From: Bryobacterales bacterium
Lineage (GTDB): Bacteria > Acidobacteriota > Terriglobia > Bryobacterales > UBA6623
Assembly: GCA_963422375.2 (NCBI GenBank)
Contig: OY729427.2
Coordinates: forward strand, 1,600,001 to 1,664,000
Length of the DNA: 64,000 bases
Direction: 5' to 3'
The notes under the pieces are model-generated. The model saw only the letters and a list, made by a program, of their open reading frames with translations, was not told where the DNA came from and did not search any database. Positions 1 to 9,298 of this stretch are shown here, piece by piece. The translations under genes and the position numbers were made by a program. Each line of letters starts with the position of its first letter. Position 1 is the first letter of the stretch.

Positions 1-173
1 CGCCGGGAAGCCCGGCGCAGCCGGCTGCAAGCACGGAGGAAGCCTCCTTCGCCGATGGGATCTCTCGCTCTCGCGACGCACGGCCCAACCGCTCGGGCCC
101 GGCAGCCGAGCCCGCTCAACGAGCTTCGCCGTCGCGAGCGGCAGCGAACCGCCCGCGACAGCACGCTTCGCCG

Positions 174-1532
174 CTATTCGGCGGGCGAACCGAAATACAG
201 TCCCGCTCCGACGAGCACCGGCACGCCTTGCGCGGTCACGCTCTTCAAGTAAGAGACCTTGACTTCAGCCCGGCCCGTCGCCGGGTTGAATGTTTCGTAA
301 GTCAGGTGGGAATCTCCGAAAGTCCGCGTCACGGCCAGCATGTCCCGCCCGCGGAACTGGCCCGCCGGATCCTGCACACCCTGGATTTCCGGGAGATGCA
401 CGCCGTTCAGGCGAGCGCGATTGCCGGTGAAGAACAGCGCGCCGGTCTGGGGGTCGAGGCCGAATACGTAGACCGACCCGCTCCTCCAGCGCGTCTCGTC
501 GGACAGCGCGCGCGCGGCGAAGTGGCCCTGCTCCGCGACGAGATGTGCCGCGCATCGGACCAGCTCTTCCAGCTTCCCGAAATCCTGCGACTCGTCCACG
601 CCTCCGGCGTTGACTTCTTCCGCGTCGCAGGTGCCCGGGATATCGCGCTCGTAGAGGCCCGCCCCTAGGACCGCATCCCGGCCGGCCCAGTTGATCAAGC
701 GGCCGTACGACGCCTTGGGCTCGTCGCGCCCGGTTGCCGGATTCCGGTAGCTGTAATAAAGCCAGCCGCCCCCTACCGCCCGGGCGACTCGATGGAATTC
801 CTCGCCGAGATCGGTGCCGAACAAATCTACCAGCGGTCCCCAGTCCTTGCCCTCGCTGTCCCGGTCGGGCGGGAATACGACCTGGAGCATGCCCTTGCCG
901 TCGGGAAGGAGCTGGTCCACGAATACGTAGGTCGGCCCGTCCTTCCAGCGCTTGTCTTCGTTGAACGCCCGCGAGGCTTCGACCGTGCCGTGCTCCTGCG
1001 CGTATTCGTACGCGCAATTCACGAAAGCGACGAGGTCGTCCCTTGTCCGGATGGCTGAAGCGTGGATCATCTTCTCGGCGCAAGGCACAGCGGTGGCGGC
1101 CGGCAGGTCCGGCGGGCCCGGCGGCTCGCCGCTGATAAGGCCGCCGATGGCGACAGCCGCGCCCGAGGCGAAACCGTTCGCGTGCGCGAATTCCGTCAAG
1201 CAGCCGACAAGCTGCGGGATCTGCTGGGTCGAGTTGGTGAGCATGGCGGGAATCGTCACTCCGGACGCGCAGGGCGTTGGAGTGCCGCCTGGGGCCGGAG
1301 CCTGCAGCGCCTGGACCAGGCCTTGGAAGACTCCTTGGAGCACCGCTTCAAGGGGGCCTCCGGTTACGTTCTTGACCATGCAGCCGAGAACCGTAGTGAC
1401 ATCCTCGGCCGAGCCGATGTGCAGGTCGCCCTCGATCTGGGGGCACAGGGCGAGCTGAGCGTCGAGGGGCTGAGCGGCGACCCCGCCCAGGATGACCAGA
1501 ATCGCCGCGAAGGCGATAGAACCGAGTTTCAT
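174..1532 (-). CDS. Secreted tandem Cache (sCache_2-like) domain protein
   Basis: Signal peptide MKLGSIAFAAILVILGGVAA. Two Cache-like units: RWKDGPTYVFV...GGGWLYYSYRNPATGRDEPKASY...VLGAGLY and RWRSGSVYVFG...TYETFNPATGRAEVKVSY...LVGAGLY. Start placed at ATG 1532, 7 nt after an extended -10 (TGCTAGCGT). Confidence 0.75.
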   Translation of the reverse strand: MKLGSIAFAAILVILGGVAAQPLDAQLALCPQIEGDLHIGSAEDVTTVLGCMVKNVTGGPLEAVLQGVFQGLVQALQAPAPGGTPTPCASGVTIPAMLTNSTQQIPQLVGCLTEFAHANGFASGAAVAIGGLISGEPPGPPDLPAATAVPCAEKMIHASAIRTRDDLVAFVNCAYEYAQEHGTVEASRAFNEDKRWKDGPTYVFVDQLLPDGKGMLQVVFPPDRDSEGKDWGPLVDLFGTDLGEEFHRVARAVGGGWLYYSYRNPATGRDEPKASYGRLINWAGRDAVLGAGLYERDIPGTCDAEEVNAGGVDESQDFGKLEELVRCAAHLVAEQGHFAARALSDETRWRSGSVYVFGLDPQTGALFFTGNRARLNGVHLPEIQGVQDPAGQFRGRDMLAVTRTFGDSHLTYETFNPATGRAEVKVSYLKSVTAQGVPVLVGAGLYFGSPAE

Positions 1533-1856
1533 AGGTGCTACGCTAGCATGCGCTCCGACATTGGTGCAACGGCGGGCGAGCCGTCCGGGGGCTGGGGCAG
1601 CGGGCGGCGGCGCTGCGAGACCCACTGCAACCATGCGGCGAGCGCGGGATCGCCCTGCCTTTCCTGTGCGTCTTGCGCGAAGGGAAAGGGTGTCGAGGTG
1701 CCCCTAGCTCAGGCAGACGACGCGGACGCCCGGGCCCGGCACCGACTCGTTCAGGGCTGCGAGCGCAGGGAGACACCGAACGTGCAACTCACGGCTCTCG
1801 CGGGCCTACCGGCTTGCCTGGCGGTGTCTTGCCGACGGCCTTGCGCGGCCCGACCG

Positions 1857-4800
1857 CTAGAAATCCGCGGGCGGCCGAGGCACGAGGTTCTCGACCGGCA
1901 GCGTCACCGTATTGCTGATGAACAGTCCCTGCGCGATCCACAGCGGCGTTGCCGGGTTGTCGTTCAGATCCGTGTTCGTGCGCAGATGCACCTCGTAGAC
2001 ACCCACCTTGCCCGCGGACAGGCCGACGAATTCCACCTGCGCCGTGCGCCCGCCGAATTGCGACGAGACGAAGTCGTCCGCCACGAGCGGGACCTTGGCC
2101 ACCGTGCCCTCCGGCGTCGGCCGGCCCGTCTCCACGGCCTCTTGGTTGTCCGTCAAGCCGAGGCCGGTGGCGTAGACGATCATCAGCTGGCCCGGCACCA
2201 AGGGGTTCTGCGGGGTTATCGGCGAGTACGGCTCGTTGCCGCAGCACAGGTGCGTGCCGCGCGCCGACAGCGTCAGCATGACGTCGGCTTCGGTCCGCTC
2301 GTTGACGTCGGGCGTGTTGGGATCGTCCTGCGGCACTTCCGTGCCCCTGGCGGCGTAGCTGATCGAGTTGGCCTGCTTCCCCGGCTCCCGCGCCCTCAGG
2401 ATCACCACCGGAGGAGTGTTGCCGTCCTCCAGCAGGCCGTTCTCGCGGTTCGTGGTCACCTGAATGCCGGCGCCCTGCGAGACCTCGAAGCCGTAGGGGA
2501 TCTCGTTGCCGTCCGAGCCGAGCGACCGCGCCACGATCTGCATCTTGACCGAGCCCACCACCTGCAGCACCCGCGCCGTGACCTCGGGGTCGCCGACGCC
2601 CGCGTTGACCGAGCGCACGAGGATGTTGCGCATGATGAGCAGCGCCCTGTCCTTGTTCGCGGCGTCCTCCTCGGTCAGCGTGTAGGTGTAGGATCGGTCG
2701 CGGACCGTGATCGTCACCGAGTCGCCGGCCCTGGACTCGCCCTCGAAGTCGAAATCCGCTCGCGCGGAAAAGAATCCGACCGTGCCGGCGGACGCGACGA
2801 CCTCCGGGTCGCCGTCCCCGGCGTTGATGAGCTCGATGAACCGGTCGCGGATCTGTTCGGCGTGCTCGTCGCCGGGCGAGCGGTAGACGTACTCGCGCCC
2901 GTTGATCACGATGCGGCCCTCCGCGCCCTCGCGCGTCCAGTTGAGCTTGGGATCGTCGTTTCCAGAGCGCATGTCGCGCGGACGGTCCGGCACCGTCACG
3001 GCGACCGTTCCCTCCGCAATGCCGTCCCCGTGAAAGGCCAGCGCGCGGCGCGGCTCCTCGCCCGGCAGGTCGAACAGGCCCGGCGCGGCGCGGACGGACT
3101 GCACCGCTCGCGCGGCGGACACCCGCACGCTCCCGTCCGGCATCACGCGCCGCACCTGGAAGCTGTGGCCCGTGCCTTGCAGCTCCCACGGAAGCTGGAA
3201 GTTGATCTGGCTCTCGGACACCATCTGCAGCGGAGCCACCGCGCCATTGGCGAGCACTTGGACACCGTCGATCTCTCTCGGCAGCTCCTCTCCGTCCGGC
3301 ACGCCCGTGTGGCCTTCCGCCAGGTCCGTGCCGAAGATCGAAGCGATCGTGCCGGGAGGCAGGTCGCGGGCGTCGGACCCTCCCGTCAGCCGCGAACCGG
3401 ACGTGTTGGCCTCCAGTTCCGTGCCGGCGTGACGCATCTCCACCTGCGTCCAGTTCCCTGTCGGCCCTTCCTTCTTGGCGACCAAGTTGGCGCGGTAGCT
3501 GACCTTGCCGCGGGCCAGCGTCGGGCCGGACGCCTCGGCCGTCGTGGGAGAGCCGGGCGTGATGCGGATCGAGAACGGCAGGCGGTTGCCGACCGGGCCC
3601 ACGCTCTTGTGAACCAGCTCCAGCGTCTCGATTTGGTCGATCTTGCGCTCGACGATGACCTCGGGATCGTCGCCCTGGTCCACGAGGTAGTTCAGGCGGT
3701 CGACGAGGCGCTCGGGGATGTCTCCTTCGGGCACGGTGTAGCTGTACTTGCGCCCGTTGATATCGAGCTCGACGAAGTCCCCCGGGCGCGCCTCGCCGCC
3801 AAACCGGATCGTGCCCGTGGCGTGGCGCCCGACTCCCAAGGTCGAATAGGCGGTCACGGGCAGCGTCGGCTCGCTGTTGATGAGATCGACGACCCGGTCG
3901 CGCACGTCCTCCGCGCTCTCGCCCGCCGTGGTGGTGTGGAAGAGCTCAATGCCGTCCAGCGTGATCTTGACCTCCTCGCCGCCGGGAAGCACGGGGGGCA
4001 GCTGGGACTCGTCCTGCGGCGTGTCCGAGATATCCACGGGCAGCGCCTGGTCGAACTCGAGGTGCCCGCGGCTGCGGATCCGCACCGCGGCAGCGTTGCG
4101 CACGCCGTCGAGATCGATCTGGTCCAGCCCGGGCGTGAACACGAGGATCCGCCGCGTGAACGGATCGGCCACGTAGAGGTTGTGCCCGTCGTAGGCCATC
4201 GAGGACGGCGAGCGCACGCTGCCGGGCCCCTCGGACTCGGTGAGCTGCACGAAGTTCGGCTGGCCGATCACCAGGTCCGCCTTGGCGCCGTTCCGCTGCG
4301 GGATCTGGTGATACACGAGGATGCGGTCGTTGCCGGAGTCGGCCACGAACAGCCGCTGCCCCACGGCCAGCGCGAAGCGGGGGAAGTTCAGCGTGCCCTC
4401 GCAGCGCTTGGGATAGCGCACCTCGTCCGGATCGATCGCCGCCTTCTGCGGCGGCAGCGGGACCGCCAGCGGAACGTTCGTCGGCGGTGTCTCGTTCTCG
4501 CTGCGGCTGCCGTCGTCGTCGAGCGGTCCGAGCGCCCGGCAGAGCGCCTCGCTGTTGTTGGGCTCGGACGATGAGAAGTCCGGCTGCCCGACCACCACGT
4601 CGGCCGGCGCGTAGCTCTGGACGGGCACGGAGTTATAGATCAGGACGCGGTTGAATCCCAGGTCGGCGACGAACAGCCGACCGTCCGACACCGACACCGA
4701 GACCGGATCGAGCATGCGCTTCTCGTCGGCTTCGTACACGCCCTTCGTCAGGTCCGCCTCGTGGCGAGTGTGCAGGTCCGGCTGCCCGAGGACCAAGTCG

Positions 4801-5540
4801 GGAGCCTGGGCGCTGGAGCTCGGAACCTGGTTCCAGATCAGGACGCGGCTGTTCTGCGTGTCCGCGACGAACAGCCGACCGCCGTCGAGCCACACGCCCT
4901 GCGGGCCGCGCATGCCCGTAGGCGAGGTTTCGGGGAAGCTGCCGGAGAAGTCCTGCTGCCCGAGTACGACATCCGGCTCGGTGCCGTTGACCGTCGGCAC
5001 GCCGTGCCAGATCAGGACCCGGTTGTTGTTGGTGTCGGCGACGGCCAGCCGCAGGCCGTCGCTGTGGATCGCGGAGGGGTTGTTCAGGCCCGGCGTGTCG
5101 GGCAGGTCCGACGAGGCCGTGGCGTCGAAGTCCGGCTGCCCGAGCACGGTGTCGGGCAGGCCCACGCAGGCGGGGCAGGGCCCGCGCTGCGGCAGCAGCT
5201 GCTCGGGCGGCGGCACGAATCCCGCGACGTTCTCGTAGATCAGGATGCGGTTGTTCACCGGCAGGGCGCCGAGGCGATTGCCGTCGGCGACGAACAGGCG
5301 GTTCCCCGCGTAGGCGACGCCCTGGGCGGCGCCGAGCACATTCCGGCTGGACCTCGGGTCCTGCCGCGTGAAGCTCTCCTGGCCGATCACGAGGCGCGCG
5401 CCTTGGTTGGTCACCCAGACGGGGCCTCGGTCCGCCGGGCCGGCGGGCGGCGGGACCTGCGCGCCCGCCGGGCCGGGGAAGATCGCCAGCCCGGCAGCCA
5501 GCGCAGCGGCGGGGAACGCCTTGAATTGGTCGAGTCGCAT
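1857..5540 (-). CDS. Large secreted NHL-repeat protein with TIGR03437-type C-terminal domain and inserted repeats
   Basis: Signal peptide; repeated RLFVADxxNxRVLI / PDxVLGQPDF NHL-type blades. C-terminal motifs GVRNAA, PGTIASIFG, QINFQLPW, AAPGLF, YATGLG, GVYEV, SNTVTLPV. Start may be 5555 (TTG) instead. Confidence 0.8.
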   Translation of the reverse strand: MRLDQFKAFPAAALAAGLAIFPGPAGAQVPPPAGPADRGPVWVTNQGARLVIGQESFTRQDPRSSRNVLGAAQGVAYAGNRLFVADGNRLGALPVNNRILIYENVAGFVPPPEQLLPQRGPCPACVGLPDTVLGQPDFDATASSDLPDTPGLNNPSAIHSDGLRLAVADTNNNRVLIWHGVPTVNGTEPDVVLGQQDFSGSFPETSPTGMRGPQGVWLDGGRLFVADTQNSRVLIWNQVPSSSAQAPDLVLGQPDLHTRHEADLTKGVYEADEKRMLDPVSVSVSDGRLFVADLGFNRVLIYNSVPVQSYAPADVVVGQPDFSSSEPNNSEALCRALGPLDDDGSRSENETPPTNVPLAVPLPPQKAAIDPDEVRYPKRCEGTLNFPRFALAVGQRLFVADSGNDRILVYHQIPQRNGAKADLVIGQPNFVQLTESEGPGSVRSPSSMAYDGHNLYVADPFTRRILVFTPGLDQIDLDGVRNAAAVRIRSRGHLEFDQALPVDISDTPQDESQLPPVLPGGEEVKITLDGIELFHTTTAGESAEDVRDRVVDLINSEPTLPVTAYSTLGVGRHATGTIRFGGEARPGDFVELDINGRKYSYTVPEGDIPERLVDRLNYLVDQGDDPEVIVERKIDQIETLELVHKSVGPVGNRLPFSIRITPGSPTTAEASGPTLARGKVSYRANLVAKKEGPTGNWTQVEMRHAGTELEANTSGSRLTGGSDARDLPPGTIASIFGTDLAEGHTGVPDGEELPREIDGVQVLANGAVAPLQMVSESQINFQLPWELQGTGHSFQVRRVMPDGSVRVSAARAVQSVRAAPGLFDLPGEEPRRALAFHGDGIAEGTVAVTVPDRPRDMRSGNDDPKLNWTREGAEGRIVINGREYVYRSPGDEHAEQIRDRFIELINAGDGDPEVVASAGTVGFFSARADFDFEGESRAGDSVTITVRDRSYTYTLTEEDAANKDRALLIMRNILVRSVNAGVGDPEVTARVLQVVGSVKMQIVARSLGSDGNEIPYGFEVSQGAGIQVTTNRENGLLEDGNTPPVVILRAREPGKQANSISYAARGTEVPQDDPNTPDVNERTEADVMLTLSARGTHLCCGNEPYSPITPQNPLVPGQLMIVYATGLGLTDNQEAVETGRPTPEGTVAKVPLVADDFVSSQFGGRTAQVEFVGLSAGKVGVYEVHLRTNTDLNDNPATPLWIAQGLFISNTVTLPVENLVPRPPADF

Positions 5541-5551
5541 TGCGGTGCTTG

Positions 5552-6340
5552 TCAAACGGCCTTGACGAGGCCGCCGTCGATCATCGTGGAGGTGCCCGTG
5601 ACGTAGCTCGCCTTCTCGGAGCAGAGGAACGCGACCACGGCGGCGAACTCCTCGGGCCGACCCACGCGGCGCAGAGCCGTCTGGCTCGCGAGCCGCTCGA
5701 TCATCTCGTCGCGATCCACGCCGGCGCGGTCCGCGCGGCGCTGGGCGATGCTGAGCAGGCGGTCGGTCGCGACAAGCCCGGGCCCGGCATTGTTGAAGAG
5801 GATGTTGTCCGGGCCGTACTCGGCGGCCAAGGTCTTGAGCATGCCCACGACCGCGGCCCGCACGCCGTTGGAGAGGATCAGCCCCTCGATCGGCTGGCGT
5901 ACGGAAGTGGACGTCAGGGCGACCACCCGCCCCCAGCGCTGGGCGCGCATGTCCGGCAGGACGGCCCGGATCAGCGCCCAGGCGCTGAGGAAGTTCAGGC
6001 GGAAGGCGGACGCCCAGTCGTCGGCCCCGAAGTCCGCGAAGCTGCCGCCCGGAGGGCCGCCGGCATTGGCGACCGCGATGCTCAACGGGCCGAGCCGCTC
6101 GCGGGCGTCGGCAACGAACGCCTCCACTGCCGCGGTGTCGCTGACATCCGCGGCGGCATGGTAGACCGTCGCGGAATGCCGCTCGCGGATGGCCCGGGCG
6201 GTCGCCGCGACGGCGGCCGGGTCGCGGGAGCAGATCGCCAGCTTGCAGCCCTCCGCCGCCAGCGCTTCGGCGATGGCCCTGCCCATGCCACGGCTGGCGG
6301 CCGTCACGACCGCGGCCCGGTTCCGAATTCCCAAGTCCAT
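5552..6340 (-). CDS. SDR family oxidoreductase (3-oxoacyl-ACP reductase-like)
   Basis: TAASRGMG nucleotide-binding motif, ANAGGPP, SNGVR, YVTG...IDGG. Confidence 0.9.
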   Translation of the reverse strand: MDLGIRNRAAVVTAASRGMGRAIAEALAAEGCKLAICSRDPAAVAATARAIRERHSATVYHAAADVSDTAAVEAFVADARERLGPLSIAVANAGGPPGGSFADFGADDWASAFRLNFLSAWALIRAVLPDMRAQRWGRVVALTSTSVRQPIEGLILSNGVRAAVVGMLKTLAAEYGPDNILFNNAGPGLVATDRLLSIAQRRADRAGVDRDEMIERLASQTALRRVGRPEEFAAVVAFLCSEKASYVTGTSTMIDGGLVKAV

Positions 6341-6433
6341 GGATTCTCTTGCGGTAGCGCGGTCGGGACCGATCGGGCGCTTGCAGAGCGGGCGGCGGCA
6401 GGGATTCCTGCGGCTGCCTAGCGAGCTACGCAG

Positions 6434-6793
6434 TCAAGTGCCCGACGGTTTCCTCAGATAGCTATCGTCGCCGCGGACCCAGTCGTCCCGCACCGGTTGG
6501 AACACGTCCATCGCGACGGAGTCCTCGAGGGCCTCGACGCGGTGCGGCTCCCGGGAAGGGATCTCGACGAGATCCCCCGGTCCGGCCGTGATCTCCCGGT
6601 CATCGAACTGGAACAGCAGCGAGCCCTCCAGCACGTGGCTGATCTGCTCGTTCTCGTGACTGTGGCGAGGGACGACGGCCCCTTTCCTGAGCAGGATCCT
6701 CGCGGTCGTCATGCGCTGGCTATGAATCACGCGCCGGGAGGCGGTGTCGCTGAGACGCTCCAGTTCCACTTCGTCCCAAGAATGCAGCTTCAT
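6434..6793 (-). CDS. Cupin domain protein
   Basis: HSHENEQ...G and IPSREPH cupin metal motifs; 119 aa. Confidence 0.9.
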   Translation of the reverse strand: MKLHSWDEVELERLSDTASRRVIHSQRMTTARILLRKGAVVPRHSHENEQISHVLEGSLLFQFDDREITAGPGDLVEIPSREPHRVEALEDSVAMDVFQPVRDDWVRGDDSYLRKPSGT

Positions 6794-7044
6794 GGCCCGC
6801 TACCGGACGGCGGTGCCGCCCGAACCCCTCGCAACTAACCAATTATACGGCAACCCCGCGCCTTCGCCTCGTCCCGTCGCCGGGTCCGGGACGGGCGGAA
6901 GACTTGCATCCGACTTGACGGAGCGCGCCGGATCGTCCGTCGCCGGGCGCCGCCGGGCGAGGGCAGCTGCAGCTTCCCCGCCGGGGAGGGGACGCGCAGC
7001 GCGTGGACCGCCGGGCGTGCGCTAGAATGGCATTCGCCGCGGGC

Positions 7045-7332
7045 ATGGAACAGGCCAAGAGCATTCTGCCGCGCCTGCTGCACCACGGCACGCCAGTCTT
7101 CACCAACCTGGAATTGATCCAGGGCTACTGGCAGGAGGCAGTGGGGCCGCTGCTGGCCGTGCGGTCCGCTCCCGTCCGGCTCGCAGGCGGCTGGCTGGCG
7201 GTGGACGTCGAAGGGCTCCCCTGGCTGGAACTCATGACACCGATGCGGTCGCAGATCGTCGAGTGCCTGCGGTCCGAGCTGCCGGACATCGTGGTGCGCG
7301 GAATCCGCTTCCGGCTCAAGGAACCCGCCTGA
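7045..7332 (+). CDS. DUF721 / DciA-family protein
   Basis: W..AVG..LA....P......L.V.V....W..EL..MR..I...L pattern ending IRFR; about 95 aa; TAGAAT -10 at 7023-7028. Confidence 0.7.
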   Translation: MEQAKSILPRLLHHGTPVFTNLELIQGYWQEAVGPLLAVRSAPVRLAGGWLAVDVEGLPWLELMTPMRSQIVECLRSELPDIVVRGIRFRLKEPA

Positions 7333-7354
7333 CGGCGCGAAGGCTGCGGCGCGC

Positions 7355-7651
7355 ATGAAGATCACTCCCGAACAAGTGCGGAAGGTCGCGAGGCTGGCGA
7401 ACCTGCGCCTGAGCGGAGAGGAGACCGTTCGGTACGCCGCGGACCTCGAAGAAATCCTAGCGTACGTCGACCAGCTCAACGAACTCGACACCTTCGGCGT
7501 GGAACCGATGGCGCAGGTGCTGCACGAAGGCAACGCAGCCCCGTTGCGACCGGACGCGCCCGGCCCGAGCCTCGACCAAGCCACGGCGCTGCGCTGCGCG
7601 CCGCTCGCGGGGGCAGGCCATTTCAAGGTTCCCAAGGTGATCGACCGCTGA
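7355..7651 (+). CDS. gatC: Asp/Glu-tRNA amidotransferase subunit C
   Basis: EQVRKVARLANL, ILAYVDQLNELDT.GVEPM, FKVPKVI; directly upstream of gatA. Confidence 0.95.
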   Translation: MKITPEQVRKVARLANLRLSGEETVRYAADLEEILAYVDQLNELDTFGVEPMAQVLHEGNAAPLRPDAPGPSLDQATALRCAPLAGAGHFKVPKVIDR

Positions 7652-7659
7652 GGCGCCCG

Positions 7660-9108
7660 ATGGAGGACTACCGCGAACTCACGATCGAGTCGATCCGGCG
7701 AGGGCTGCTGGACCGGCGCTTCAGCGCGACGGAACTGGCCCGGGAGGCGCTGCGCGTGGGCGAGGCCGAGAACGGCTCGTCCGGCGTGTTCATCAGCTTC
7801 ACCCCGGAACGGGCGCTCGCGGCGGCCGCACGCGTCGACAGCAAGGTCGCCGCCGGGGAGGACACCGGCCCGCTCGGGGGGGTGCCGCTGGCCGTCAAGG
7901 ACGTGATCATGACCGCGGGCGAGCGCACGACCTGCGCCTCGCGGGCCCTCGAGGACTTCGTCGCGCCCTACGACGCGACGGCGGTCGAGAGAGTGGAACG
8001 AGCCGGCGCGGTCATCGTGGGGAAGACCAACTGCGACGAGTTCGCGATGGGGTCGTCGAACGAGAACTCGGCGTTCTACCCCGCGCGCAATCCAGCCGCC
8101 CCGGACCGCGTGCCGGGCGGGTCGAGCGGCGGGTCGGCAGCCGCGGTGGCGGGAGGCTACGCGCCGATCTCGCTCGGCTCGGACACGGGAGGTTCCATCC
8201 GGCAGCCGGCCTCGTTCTGCGGAGCCGTCGGAGTCATGCCGACCTACGGGCGCGTCTCCCGGTACGGACTGGTGGCGTTCGCGAGCTCCCTCGACCACAT
8301 CGGGCCGCTGTCGAGAACCGTCCGCGACTCTGCCGCCGTGCTGGGCGTCATCGCCGGAGCCGATCCCTACGACTCGACCGCGGCTGGCCTGGAGGTTCCC
8401 GACTACGCCGACCGCCTCGAGGCGGACGCGAGCGGGCTGAGAATCGGCGTCCCGCGCGAGTACTTCGCCGAGGGCTTGGAGCGAGAGGTCGGCGCGCGAA
8501 TCGAAGCGGGGATCGCGCTCCTCGAGCGTCTGGGCTGCAAGGCAGTCGAGATCAGCCTGCCGCACACCAAGTACGCTATCGCGAGCTACTACCTGATCTG
8601 CACCGCCGAGGCCAGCTCCAACCTCGCGCGATACGACGGCGTACGCTATTCCGCCCGGTCGGCGGAATCCGGCACGCTGAGCGATATGTATCGGAATTCG
8701 CGCGCCGAGGGTTTCGGCCCCGAAGTCACTCGACGGATCATTCTCGGCACCTACGTGCTCAGCGCGGGGTACTACGACGCCTACTACCGCAAGGCGCAGG
8801 AGGTTCGCGCTCTCGTTGCCCGCGACTTCGCTCGAGCCTTCGAGAAGGTAGACGCAATCGTGGCCCCGGTATCGCCGTTCCCGGCATTCAAGCTCGGCGA
8901 GAAGACCAGCGACCCGCTGCAGATGTACCTCTCCGACATCTACACGATCACGGGCAGCCTGGCGGGCATCGCCGGGATGAGCGTTCCGTGCGGCAAGAGC
9001 CGGGAGGGCCTGCCGGTGGGGATGCAGATCCTGACCAACCACTTCCGGGAGCAGACGATGCTCAACCTCGGCCACGCGTTCGAGGCGGCGGGCGGATTCG
9101 AAGGGTGA
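7660..9108 (+). CDS. gatA: Asp/Glu-tRNA amidotransferase subunit A
   Basis: Amidase signature GGSSGGSAAAV, GSDTGGSIRQPA, GKTNCDEFAMGSS, RRIILGTYVLSAGYYDAYY. Confidence 0.97.
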   Translation: MEDYRELTIESIRRGLLDRRFSATELAREALRVGEAENGSSGVFISFTPERALAAAARVDSKVAAGEDTGPLGGVPLAVKDVIMTAGERTTCASRALEDFVAPYDATAVERVERAGAVIVGKTNCDEFAMGSSNENSAFYPARNPAAPDRVPGGSSGGSAAAVAGGYAPISLGSDTGGSIRQPASFCGAVGVMPTYGRVSRYGLVAFASSLDHIGPLSRTVRDSAAVLGVIAGADPYDSTAAGLEVPDYADRLEADASGLRIGVPREYFAEGLEREVGARIEAGIALLERLGCKAVEISLPHTKYAIASYYLICTAEASSNLARYDGVRYSARSAESGTLSDMYRNSRAEGFGPEVTRRIILGTYVLSAGYYDAYYRKAQEVRALVARDFARAFEKVDAIVAPVSPFPAFKLGEKTSDPLQMYLSDIYTITGSLAGIAGMSVPCGKSREGLPVGMQILTNHFREQTMLNLGHAFEAAGGFEG

Positions 9109-9298
9109 CGGCCCGACGACCGGCCGCACGACGACCGCCGCTTGCTCGCGAGCGCGCGCTCGCGGACGTCCCGCAGGCTCCCGGGCGTCCCCGGTGTTCC
9201 CTTCCCCCGGTCGGCGCGATGCCGCCCGGAGACCGGGCAGGAAACGATGCGCCGCGAGGTCGGGACCCGCTCTGAGCGGAGGTCGGACCGAGCGGGCG

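Noticed and set aside
1062..4574. 1170-aa + strand ORF and similar long antisense ORFs (6835-9315, 17013-18974, 38890-40821)
   Set aside because: Shadow frames of real genes in high-GC DNA; Arg/Ala-rich with no motifs.
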